Both the position numbers and the translations under genes were made by a program. Of a stretch of 64,000 nucleotides of DNA, positions 8,113 to 17,798 are shown piece by piece. This DNA is from Candidatus Heimdallarchaeota archaeon (GTDB lineage Archaea; Asgardarchaeota; Heimdallarchaeia; JABLTI01). The notes beneath the pieces are model-generated. The model saw only the letters and a program-made list of their open reading frames with translations, was not told the origin of the DNA and did not search any database. The DNA lies in the NCBI GenBank assembly GCA_018238155.1, contig JABCTZ010000032.1, positions 128,001 through 192,000 of the forward strand, in the 5' to 3' direction. Position 1 is the stretch's first letter. Every line of letters starts with the position of its first letter.

Positions 8113-8847
8113 CTAATTCTCAGCCATTTTCATGACCAGAGATATTGCTGAAATGACATCTTTAGCGGGAATACCTTCTCCTCGTTTGTAAATCAAAAGT
8201 GTGCCTTTATTAGATATTTGAGCACTAATTTGACTTCTATTTGGGAGATCAATAAATCCTCTAAAGTAGCTAATAACTCCTTGTCTTCTATAAATGGTCC
8301 ATTCTGCACTATCAAGAATATCGCCATTCAATTGAATTTTATTAAGAGCTTGGTTCTCTAAATCGGATATCTGTACTGTTTTAAGTAAAGCCGCATCCTT
8401 GCATAAATTAACCATAGCTGTATCATTTAAATTTACACTATCGAATTCAACTCCAAGGAGCTCCATTAATGGCACTAATCCTTTCTTAGACACCCATGAA
8501 GTTCCTCGACATTCGAGATATTTTTGTTTAGTATGAATAATATATTCGCATTTTCCTTGTGAATATACTACTTCATTTGTAATTTGATCATCCTTCATTC
8601 TTTGCACTGTGATTGGTTGTCCAATTGTATAGTAGACACTTATCATATTGCTATCTGTATCTACATCTGAAAATCCCTCGTAGAATTTTCTGTTTTTAAA
8701 TTCAACTGGATGTTCTTTCAATTTTTTGACAATCGTTTGTGCACTACCTAAAGTTCCGCCATTAACATGATATAATCTTAAAGGTAAGACCATACCTCGT
8801 GGAATTATTAAACCATTTACTTGGAGAGCCATTTTTTCACCTTGCAT
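8113..8847 (-). CDS. Uncharacterised alpha/beta protein; true start probably ATG at 8832
   Basis: Clean ORF with AGGTGA Shine-Dalgarno 4 nt before the ATG at 8832 and an upstream TATA. Confidence 0.75.
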   Translation of the reverse strand: MQGEKMALQVNGLIIPRGMVLPLRLYHVNGGTLGSAQTIVKKLKEHPVEFKNRKFYEGFSDVDTDSNMISVYYTIGQPITVQRMKDDQITNEVVYSQGKCEYIIHTKQKYLECRGTSWVSKKGLVPLMELLGVEFDSVNLNDTAMVNLCKDAALLKTVQISDLENQALNKIQLNGDILDSAEWTIYRRQGVISYFRGFIDLPNRSQISAQISNKGTLLIYKRGEGIPAKDVISAISLVMKMAEN

Positions 8848-8853
8848 TAAAGT

Positions 8854-8918
8854 CCGAGGACTCCTAACTGACCTCGGTTTCTATTGGAATCCAACTTATG
8901 TGGTTCTCTCTTTATAAA
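8854..8918 (-). promoter_or_regulatory. Promoter and leader of the 8113-8847 gene: TATA, palindrome, 5'UTR hairpin
   Basis: tttataaa 8911-8918; ttgga-a-tccaa 8884-8894 near the expected TSS; ccgagg/cctcgg stem 8854-8877. Confidence 0.5.
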
Positions 8919-9078
8919 CTTTACTCACCTCTCCTTCCATTGGAGCCTTTTTTTTTCGTTGTCTAAATATAATAGAAGATGAAGAGAAGGAATGATTTTA
9001 CAAAAAATGTGAGTTAAAAAGCTAAAAGGACAACCTTAAATCAATGAATGTACCAAACATATTAGTGAGGAATTTATA

Positions 9079-10251
9079 ATGGCAATCAAAAAACTCCAAG
9101 GGTTGAAAGTAGGACGATTACTAGTACTGATATTGTTAATTGGCATTCCTTTAGCTTTTATTTTAATGGTTGTTGGCTCAGAACTTAATTGGTTTGGTCC
9201 GATACTGACTTGGGATATGTTTCTATATATTGGAACTACTGATATCGCTTTCTTACCTGAAGGTTGGGCGAAATTTTTCGTTTGGTTTGGTGCTCCTGTA
9301 TTCTTTAGCATTCCATGGGTAACTTTTCTCTTCATCGACAAAGATCGAGTAGGAGAAACCTTTGATAACATGGGCAGAGCTTTGAGAAAAGTGAGCATAG
9401 GTTTGAACATCTTCTATAGTGTGAATACAATTTTCATATTTATCTTCTTCATATTACCATTTGGTTCTCCAGCAATAGCTGTCTTTGCAGCATTTGGTCT
9501 TGTTCCCTGGTTAGTTAAAAAGAAAACTGGAGCGAACATTCCTTGGTGGCTTACAATGATACCAGGGCTAATATTAGCAGCAATACCTATTGTACTTTCA
9601 GTTGGATATTATGCAAATTATGCTGAAATTTGGACTGGCATTTGGGGAACTTGGACTGGTGCTGGAGCTGGTAATGGAGAAACTCTCTTAGAGCAATTTG
9701 GTTTGATTCATTATCTGTATGGCTTTGGTTATTCTGTTGCAATTGGTGCAGTAGTAGCTGGTTTCTTTTCCTTCATTTATGAAGGGGCATCTCAAGTGGA
9801 TCAACACAACCAGAGACCAAAGGGATTACTCTATATCGTAGAATTTGCTGTCGGTGCAGGAATATTAGCACTATATTTAGCATTACCTATGAATGACTCT
9901 CGAGATATTGTCTTTTATGTGATAAGCGGGATTGCAATAGGTGTAGGTGTGTTAGAATTTCTGTTACGTTGGTTTAAGAAAGTCAAACGAACCGATAAAA
10001 ACAATGTACCAATCGGTGCATATGTTATGTTACCTCTTTTCATTGGGGTCGATTTAATTCGAACAGGAAAAGTCGGTGCAATAAGAAATCATGCACTTAC
10101 TGTAGCATTGGCATTAGTTTGTGTAATATATCTCATCCTATTCATTATGGCATATTCATTTGCCGGAGAAGCTTACCCATCTCGTTGGAGTAAATCTGGT
10201 GATGATGACGACGACGATGATAGTGACGATGATGATTCTGATGAAGAGTAG
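9079..10251 (+). CDS. Polytopic membrane protein with poly-Asp tail
   Basis: About 10 hydrophobic segments; C-terminal DDDDDDDSDDDDSDEE. Confidence 0.75.
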   Translation: MAIKKLQGLKVGRLLVLILLIGIPLAFILMVVGSELNWFGPILTWDMFLYIGTTDIAFLPEGWAKFFVWFGAPVFFSIPWVTFLFIDKDRVGETFDNMGRALRKVSIGLNIFYSVNTIFIFIFFILPFGSPAIAVFAAFGLVPWLVKKKTGANIPWWLTMIPGLILAAIPIVLSVGYYANYAEIWTGIWGTWTGAGAGNGETLLEQFGLIHYLYGFGYSVAIGAVVAGFFSFIYEGASQVDQHNQRPKGLLYIVEFAVGAGILALYLALPMNDSRDIVFYVISGIAIGVGVLEFLLRWFKKVKRTDKNNVPIGAYVMLPLFIGVDLIRTGKVGAIRNHALTVALALVCVIYLILFIMAYSFAGEAYPSRWSKSGDDDDDDDSDDDDSDEE

Positions 10252-10353
10252 GAAATAATCCTAACTCTTCTAAAATTTCTTTTTTATTTATGGAAAAATA
10301 GTTATTTAGCTTGTATTATTATTCTTTTCTAGTAGCTTTCTTGAGGTTGCCAA

Positions 10354-11844
10354 GTGGTTAATGATAATTGGGTTACATTATATGAAAAATCAATTGACAA
10401 AGTTGCTATAAATCTGTCAAATCTTAAAGGCATGTTTGTTGGACTAAATGTCAATGTTGACGCAATTCTTTTTGTAAATCCTGAATTGATTCTACAGCTA
10501 AAACAAAAGTTAGATGTTGATTCAGATGTTCTGGTTCAAAGAATAAAAGAATGGAAAGGGATTATTGAAACGCCTAGTGATTTTTTAACAGGGCTATGTG
10601 GTTGTTTTTCTCAAGGTAAAGCAAGTGAATGGATAATTCAAAACAAAAAAACTTATGATTATTTATTAAGAAATCTCCCCCTTGACACTGAATTGCGGAT
10701 GGGTGGCAATGCAGGTATTATGTCAGAAATTTTGGCTCAAATTGATGTTCCTAATATCTATGTTCATGCAGTATCTCTTTCAAAAGAGCTTCGAGAACTT
10801 TTCTCTGAAAAAGAAAAAATCAAAATACCTATCTTAGCGGACAACAAGAATATTATCTTTGAACATCCTAAGAAAGCTGAATCAAAGAATGAAGATTTGT
10901 ATTTACATATAATCTCTGAATTTGATCAAGGTGATGTGTTACGCCTTTCAGAAGATATTATTTGGAAATGTCCTCGAGATAATCGTTTCATTGCGACATT
11001 TGATCCTCCAAACTCCAAATTAGATTTAATCAAAGGCTTTGAATACGGAATAGATTGTTTAGCAAATAAATGTGATGCATTTATTATTTCTGGTTTTCAT
11101 ATGCTTGATATCAAGGATAATGATATTATTGGTATTCGCGAAAAAATAGTTAACATTTTTAATTTATTATCACAAGCAAAAAAAGCGAATCCACAACTCG
11201 TTCTACAGCTAGAATTATGTAGCACAAAAAATAAAGAAGTCCTGAAACAATTAATCTTTCTTTCAAAAGAAAGAGAAATTTGGAATAGCTTAAGTTGTAA
11301 TGAAAGAGAACTTAGTGAGATACTAGAAATTTTAAACTATGAAAAATTATCAAAATCAATAAAACAACATTGTTATCAAAGAGATATTATTGAAGGGTGT
11401 TTAGAAGTTTCCAAAGACTTGAAGTTAAATAGATTTCATTTACATGAATATGGATGTTATATACTACTTGCTGATAAAGTTAAATTTGATACACCGGAAA
11501 ATCTGACACAAGCATTACTTTTTTCATCTCTACTAACAGCATACAGAGCAAGTACAGGCGAGAATTTAGTATTAGAGTTGGTTAAAAAAAAGGCAGCTAG
11601 TTTTCTACTTAATTTCAAACTTACTAATCAATTTATTCAGATCGCTGAACATTTGGATGAAAAGTATTCAATTGACAAAAATGACTTTATGAAAAATGGT
11701 CGAACAATAATCGATAGCTATCATTTGATAGCTATACCAACAATTCTTATTGATCTACCTCAACTCACAGTAGGATTAGGAGACACTATATCATCAACAG
11801 CTTTAACTGCACAACTTGCATTACAGAAAAATAATTTAGGTTGA
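10354..11844 (+). CDS. ADP-dependent glucokinase/phosphofructokinase
   Basis: GLNVNVDAI, RMGGNAGIM, PRDNRFIA, TVGLGDTIS. Confidence 0.93.
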   Translation: MVNDNWVTLYEKSIDKVAINLSNLKGMFVGLNVNVDAILFVNPELILQLKQKLDVDSDVLVQRIKEWKGIIETPSDFLTGLCGCFSQGKASEWIIQNKKTYDYLLRNLPLDTELRMGGNAGIMSEILAQIDVPNIYVHAVSLSKELRELFSEKEKIKIPILADNKNIIFEHPKKAESKNEDLYLHIISEFDQGDVLRLSEDIIWKCPRDNRFIATFDPPNSKLDLIKGFEYGIDCLANKCDAFIISGFHMLDIKDNDIIGIREKIVNIFNLLSQAKKANPQLVLQLELCSTKNKEVLKQLIFLSKEREIWNSLSCNERELSEILEILNYEKLSKSIKQHCYQRDIIEGCLEVSKDLKLNRFHLHEYGCYILLADKVKFDTPENLTQALLFSSLLTAYRASTGENLVLELVKKKAASFLLNFKLTNQFIQIAEHLDEKYSIDKNDFMKNGRTIIDSYHLIAIPTILIDLPQLTVGLGDTISSTALTAQLALQKNNLG

Positions 11845-12033
11845 AATCCCCTCTAATCAATTATTCGATATCATTTTTGTGTGTGAAAACAAATTCAAAA
11901 TACAATTCTAAGAAATTACAATAGATTTTTTAGTGCAATCCATTCTCAAAAGCAAAACGTATTCTAGTAATGATATGTCAATATTATTTAGGCTTTTATT
12001 AGCTAAGTAAAGAATATACTTAGGTGTTAAATA

Positions 12034-12543
12034 ATGCAACATCATAGCCCAGAACAAGACATAAAAATTGTGGTAACTGGACCTTACAATGCCGGGAAAT
12101 CTGAATTCGTACAACGTTTTGGTGATAGACCAATCAATGTTGCAATAAATGGAACAACAGTTGGAATGGATTTTACTCATGAAATGATTGATGATTTTCA
12201 CGTGCACATTTTTGGTACTCCAGGTCAAGATCACTTTAAAGATGTACAACAATGCGTAGCAAAAGGTGCTGCTGGAATAATAATGGTTGTAGATAGTTCT
12301 GATCCTGCTACTTTTGGGCAAGTTGAAACTCTCACAAAGAGAATAAAAGCTGTTTGTGGTCGTGTTCCAATCATCATTTGTGCAAATAAACAAGATAAAG
12401 CAGGTGCTATTGCTCCTGAAAAAATAAAGCAAATGATTGGGTTCAAAGGAAAAATAATCGGAACATCTGCAGTTAGTGGATCAGGAACGAAATCATCTAT
12501 TATTGAGGTCTTAAAACAAATTCGTAAAGAAAAAGGGATGTAA
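12034..12543 (+). CDS. Small GTPase, MglA/CvnD-like
   Basis: GPYNAGKS, TTVGMDF, FGTPGQ, NKQD, TSA. Confidence 0.88.
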   Translation: MQHHSPEQDIKIVVTGPYNAGKSEFVQRFGDRPINVAINGTTVGMDFTHEMIDDFHVHIFGTPGQDHFKDVQQCVAKGAAGIIMVVDSSDPATFGQVETLTKRIKAVCGRVPIIICANKQDKAGAIAPEKIKQMIGFKGKIIGTSAVSGSGTKSSIIEVLKQIRKEKGM

Positions 12544-12643
12544 CGAGATTTTCAAAGTATTTTACCATCCCCAATTTTTTTTCTTTTATAGCTTTTTTTT
12601 AAAAATAGAATAAAAAAGTAAATGAACTGATCATTTACTTAAT

Positions 12644-13636
12644 TTAATAATATAGCACTTTTTCAGGATCGATCTTAGCGTCATCATGTACTTCCCAAAC
12701 AATTTTCTTCTGTCTTTTCTTGGAAGATTCGAAGATTTTATCTTCTTCTTCTAATTGTTTCATATGGGCTTTAAGTGTTAAATCTTGCACTAAATATTTC
12801 CACGGTTTGTACCATTCGATTCCTAAACTAAGATTTACTTCTTCTCGTATTTCCTCAAATGTACTTGCACCATTTGTTGTGAGAGTGACTAAAATTGTTT
12901 CTTCATAATTATTGTGGGCACTAAGTGCCTGTTTTATTAGTTCTTTAGCTTGTCCACCGAGATAAGCTCCATCATAAGCGGGGCAAAGCATATCTATATT
13001 TGCTCGAGATATAAATGCCAAAGCTTTCTCTCTTTCTACGGTACTACCCGTGAGATCGATTAAATAATTACTAAAACTCATTGGGTAGATGTAGAGTTCT
13101 GCACCGGCAAAAATAGCCTTTTGTTTTGAACTGAAAAACATTGAATGTCCTGCACTAAATCCTGGATAACAGACTGTGAAGATTGTTGTTCCTCCTAATT
13201 GGAATTTATCACTATCATCAAAAACCGCATGTGGTTTTACTCCTTTCAACCTTTCCCAGGGCTCATAGGAAAATTTACCACCTTTTCTATTTGGTTCAAA
13301 GTGTTTCTCAGGTAAATACAAATAGGGTTTTCTAATAGTATCCTCAGCGTCTTTGTGACAAACTAATTCAGCTTTAGGAAACATCTGCTTTAGTTTCACT
13401 GCACCACCAATTGCATCATGATGCTCTCGAGTAAGGAAAATATATTTCACATCTTTAGCTTTTCTTCCAGCATGATCAATACATTCTCCAATTTCATGCT
13501 GTATTGTGTTGCGGATGCCAGTATCAATAATGGCTATTTTTTCATCCATTACTATGTAAACTGCATTTCTTTCTCCTCCTGGACCGTGTTCACCATACAC
13601 ATTCCAAATGCCATCATTAATTTCATTAAATGTCAT
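12644..13636 (-). CDS. Metallo-beta-lactamase-fold protein with C-terminal winged helix (metal ligands degenerate)
   Basis: AIIDTG...IFLTREHHDAIGG; PGFSAGH; C-terminal 'AHMKQLEEEDKI' WH. Confidence 0.8.
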   Translation of the reverse strand: MTFNEINDGIWNVYGEHGPGGERNAVYIVMDEKIAIIDTGIRNTIQHEIGECIDHAGRKAKDVKYIFLTREHHDAIGGAVKLKQMFPKAELVCHKDAEDTIRKPYLYLPEKHFEPNRKGGKFSYEPWERLKGVKPHAVFDDSDKFQLGGTTIFTVCYPGFSAGHSMFFSSKQKAIFAGAELYIYPMSFSNYLIDLTGSTVEREKALAFISRANIDMLCPAYDGAYLGGQAKELIKQALSAHNNYEETILVTLTTNGASTFEEIREEVNLSLGIEWYKPWKYLVQDLTLKAHMKQLEEEDKIFESSKKRQKKIVWEVHDDAKIDPEKVLYY

Positions 13637-14315
13637 TATTAATTACAACACCTTTGATTAATTGTTCTTTTAGAAACTATTCTTTCTTGTATTAGCTAGA
13701 ATCTTGAAAATACACACAAAAGATGCTATAAACATTTCACACACCGTGAAATATTCACTCTTCTTCTATATGATTCGTTTCTAGATGTAATTATAATACA
13801 TGATGTGGTATTTATTCCTTTTCAAAAGAAAAAAAGTATTATCTTCTCATTTAAATAGGGATATCAATAAAAAAATTGATAATAATTCAAGAGATGCAAC
13901 TATGCCAAAAACAGCTGAAATGAAATTTGATTTCTTTGCTTTGTTAATTTTTTCTTGAGATAAAACATTTGTTTATTATATTAAAAAACTTCAATATCCC
14001 TTTTCTTAATACCATTGATTTCTCTTCACTGATTTCTTTAAATCTAGCTAATTACTGGTTCAATAATGCAAAAATTTCATTTTTTTGTTTCAAAACTGTG
14101 TGGAAATATAGGCTTCTTAATTAGTTGTTTCTTAAAACATGTGGGATTGTTTCAATTTCCACCAACTATATCTGTAACACTTAATTTGATTGAATTAAGA
14201 TTCCTAATTATTTTTAATTCAATAAAGAAAATGATATAGTAAATTACAACAAACACTATATTTCTCCAAATTACTAAGGAATTTCTTTGTTGTTCTAATT
14301 TCTGGCATCTGTTTT

Positions 14316-14336
14316 ATTGACTTTCTGAAAGTCAAT
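14316..14336. promoter_or_regulatory. 21-bp palindrome, putative operator
   Basis: attgactttc-t-gaaagtcaat, about 80 bp upstream of the 14418 CDS. Confidence 0.45.
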
Positions 14337-14417
14337 GCAATTTAAATCCATTATATCATCTATAATCTCTGCGTAGTGCAGAATAATTTTTAGATTAGTT
14401 TGTCTTAGAATTTTGTT

Positions 14418-15995
14418 GTGATTAAAATGAAAAACAAGAGAAAAGATAGTTTGATTTATTTGATTTTTTTATTGGGAGTATTAATTTTTTCAATATACTC
14501 ACTAAACAATGTCCAAAGTAAAGGAATAGATCAAAATAACGATTTTATCTATAGGATAGCATCTGATGTTGAACCAAACAATAATTTTACTCAAGCTTAC
14601 GAAGTATATAATTATGATAATTGGACTGGAACATTTGATGAACATGGATCTGATCCATGTGATTATTATAAGATATATCTACAAAATTCCGACATTCTAA
14701 CTATAAAATTGAACATTTATCCTGATTTTGAATTTTATTTCCAAGTTTATAATACAACCTTTCAAGTAATTTTTCATACTTCGGATTATCAAGATAGTTC
14801 ATATGAGATAGATATTACCGCAAATACTACAGGATACTACTATTTTAGTGTGAGTGGTTATAGTACATCTTATAATTTTGAGGTTTTAAGAACAAATGGA
14901 AGTGGGGGGAATCCTGGAGAAGACGAATTAGAACCAAATGATGATTTTGGAAGTGCTACTCCACTCACTTTAGATGGAGATGGAAACCCTATAGACCAAT
15001 TAACTATTGATCCTGCAGGTGAAGTGGATTTTTATTCAATTGACCTGGATCAAGGGGATGACATTAACATTCTATTATGGAATCTCCCTGCAAATTATGA
15101 TCTCGCTCTATTTTATCCTAATCAAACGCTTGTAAGTGAATCTACCAATACAGGCACAACAGATGATGAAATTGATTATGAAAATGCAGAAGTATCTGGG
15201 GCTTACTATATTCGCGTTTCAGATTCAGATTATTATGCAGGAGTATATAATCTTAGAATTTTGTTGGAAGAATATACACCACCAAATAATGATTTTGAAA
15301 GTGCTGCTCCTCTCACTTTGGATGATGATGGAAAAACAACAGAACAACTAACAATTGATCCTGCAGGTGAAGTGGACTTTTATTCAATTGATTTGAATCA
15401 ACGAGATGATATTGAAATTTTGCTATGGAATCTACCTGCAAATTACGATTTAGCTCTATTTTATCCTAATCAAACACTTGTACATGAATCAACCAATACA
15501 GGCACAACAGATGATGAAATTGATTATGAAAATGCAGAAATATCTGGAACTTACTATATTTGCGTTTCAGACTTAGATAATTATGTCGGAGTATATAATC
15601 TAACGATATGGTTGAAATCAAATATATCACCAAATGCAAATTTCACAGTTAATTCAACTATCATAGATCAAGGAGAATGGGTTTTCTGCACTTTCATAGG
15701 CGCTCTGGGAGATCTTCCAACCGAATACCTTTGGAATTTTGGTGATGGTACAGTAAACATAACGACTCAAAATTCTACACATCAATATTTGAGTTTTGGG
15801 GAATTTAAAATCACTTTAATAATTACTGACTCAGATGGTGAAACCTCAACCTTTGTAAAAACAGTAATTGTTAGAAGTTCAAGTAGAACAAGTGGATATT
15901 CCTCTATTTTTGGTTTATCCTTAACCGTTGGTTTCATATATATTCTATTTATGTTTGTAAAAAAGGAACGGGATGGTTTACGAAAAAAAAACTAA
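14418..15995 (+). CDS. Cell-surface protein: signal peptide, 3 PPC (pre-peptidase C-terminal)-like domains, PKD domain, C-terminal TM anchor
   Basis: EPNN/DDF..A, D.Y.I.L..GD and NYDLAL motifs; YLWNFGDG PKD motif; SGY+TM+basic tail. Confidence 0.85.
   Translation: MIKMKNKRKDSLIYLIFLLGVLIFSIYSLNNVQSKGIDQNNDFIYRIASDVEPNNNFTQAYEVYNYDNWTGTFDEHGSDPCDYYKIYLQNSDILTIKLNIYPDFEFYFQVYNTTFQVIFHTSDYQDSSYEIDITANTTGYYYFSVSGYSTSYNFEVLRTNGSGGNPGEDELEPNDDFGSATPLTLDGDGNPIDQLTIDPAGEVDFYSIDLDQGDDINILLWNLPANYDLALFYPNQTLVSESTNTGTTDDEIDYENAEVSGAYYIRVSDSDYYAGVYNLRILLEEYTPPNNDFESAAPLTLDDDGKTTEQLTIDPAGEVDFYSIDLNQRDDIEILLWNLPANYDLALFYPNQTLVHESTNTGTTDDEIDYENAEISGTYYICVSDLDNYVGVYNLTIWLKSNISPNANFTVNSTIIDQGEWVFCTFIGALGDLPTEYLWNFGDGTVNITTQNSTHQYLSFGEFKITLIITDSDGETSTFVKTVIVRSSSRTSGYSSIFGLSLTVGFIYILFMFVKKERDGLRKKN
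14934..15629 (+). repeat. Intragenic tandem duplication, 348-bp unit (one PPC domain)
   Basis: gatcctgcaggtgaagtgga at 15009 and 15357; long near-identical stretches. Confidence 0.9.
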
Positions 15996-16227
15996 AACCT
16001 ATTGATTCCTAAACCAATCTGACGGTTGATTACAGAATATCTGAAAATGAAGCCGTTTTGATTTTTTTTTGAAACATATGAAATACTCAGGCAGATAAAG
16101 AAAATATTGTAACATCCAGTATTTTTAAATGAACTCAATATTTAATTATTAATGAATTTTAATAAGTTAGTTTCTAAATAAGTTACCAAACGCACAAAAA
16201 GTGGGAAATAATCAGGTGTAGAAATCC

Positions 16228-17784
16228 TTGTCACAGTCATCTCGAGAGGTAAAAAAAAGGCTCTTTGAATTTGCTAAAAAAGAATTTTCAACTAAATCAC
16301 CCTTATATGTTGAAGTTCGAAAAGCTAAAGGGGCAAAAACATTCTATAAAGGTCCAGTTCCACAACTCATTTTAACAAAACATAAAGCAATTCTCTTCAC
16401 AGTGTTTGCAGATTATGATTCTCTCTCCCGTTTATATTATTTCAACAGAGATGGCTATTGTATCAAGGATACAAGTTACTCAATGGATAATATCATTAAG
16501 ATAAAGAACCACCTCAAGAAAACAACTACTCGTGTTTTAAGATATCCAAAACAAGAAATAATCCATTCCAAAAGTGAAATCTCTGTTGAGCTAGATAAGA
16601 AATTTGCAAATATTATTGAGAAGATAGAAAAAATAATCAAAAAAAGATTTGAGAGCAGGTCTATTATTACTATTAATGATAATCTTGAATCCCAAACATT
16701 TGGAAAGACATTTGATGTATTGAATGTGAGGGATAGTTTCTTAGAATTACCATTTGGTGCAGAAAAGGAACCCAATATAGGCATTATTCTTGTTTATGAA
16801 GCTTTTAAATTAACTATAGATAGTAAACTACAGTATCCACTTTTATCAAAAGAATTAGCTAAAATAGGAACACTGCTATTTTTAGATGAAAAAGAATTAC
16901 TAGAAAGAGCAATTACAATGAGTGCAATTAATTCTTTTAAATTTGAATCTTTTACACAAAAGTTGTCAAGTAAATTCGTAGAAATAGCTATTTTATTTGA
17001 TCTCGTTGAACTGATAAAAGATTTCACTGATTACAAATTACTTATTCAATCTAGTGATGCTGCTGTCATGTTTATTGAGAGCTTAATAGCCAATCTATTC
17101 TCAAATTCCGATAGCAAATATCGTTTAGCAACATTCATCTATAAATCGATACAAGAAGATATTATTTCAAAGTCTAATGAACAATTTATCGATTTGGCTC
17201 TTGCCGTTTGTTGCTTAGTAGAGAATTTATCTGAAACAACAGACAAGATGGTTTCTCTAAGAATATCCATTGATAAGAAATTTAAAACTAAAGCAAAGGG
17301 TGAGATAGTTGCAGAACTAATAGATTCAATATATAATAATCAAGTTAGAAACGTTGCTGAAAAATGGCAAGCGGTATATAGTCTCTTCTCATCAAAAACG
17401 GATGATTTAATGGATTTAGTTATTGAGAATATGTTCAAGAAAGCGATTTCAATTGACACTGAATATACAACCGAACACTTGGAAAAACATGGGGATATTA
17501 TTTTAACTTTCAAAAATAATTCAGATACGAATCTTGGAACTTTCACAGTAAGTGAGCTTCATTGGACGCCAAGAGAGTCAATGGAAATAATAGGTGTGAA
17601 AAGAAGATTAAAACGCGCAATACTGGAAATTGGCGAAGAAGTGGAATTAAGGATTCCTTTTATACCCAAAAATAGCGGTACAATAAATTTCACGAATTTG
17701 GATGTAAGATTCAATGATCACTCAAGTTTGAAGCATTATATACGTATATCTCTGCCACCTTTAAAAATAAAAAAAAACAGCTAA
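16228..17784 (+). CDS. Uncharacterised protein with C-terminal Ig-like domain
   Basis: Long ORF with TTG start after AGGTG; C-terminal beta-sandwich pattern (LTFKN...FIPKNSGTINF..LDVRF). Confidence 0.65.
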   Translation: MSQSSREVKKRLFEFAKKEFSTKSPLYVEVRKAKGAKTFYKGPVPQLILTKHKAILFTVFADYDSLSRLYYFNRDGYCIKDTSYSMDNIIKIKNHLKKTTTRVLRYPKQEIIHSKSEISVELDKKFANIIEKIEKIIKKRFESRSIITINDNLESQTFGKTFDVLNVRDSFLELPFGAEKEPNIGIILVYEAFKLTIDSKLQYPLLSKELAKIGTLLFLDEKELLERAITMSAINSFKFESFTQKLSSKFVEIAILFDLVELIKDFTDYKLLIQSSDAAVMFIESLIANLFSNSDSKYRLATFIYKSIQEDIISKSNEQFIDLALAVCCLVENLSETTDKMVSLRISIDKKFKTKAKGEIVAELIDSIYNNQVRNVAEKWQAVYSLFSSKTDDLMDLVIENMFKKAISIDTEYTTEHLEKHGDIILTFKNNSDTNLGTFTVSELHWTPRESMEIIGVKRRLKRAILEIGEEVELRIPFIPKNSGTINFTNLDVRFNDHSSLKHYIRISLPPLKIKKNS

Positions 17785-17798
17785 TTTTCTAAATTAGC

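Noticed and set aside
11908-12432. 174-aa antisense ORF
   Set aside because: Overlaps the clear GTPase on the opposite strand; atypical composition
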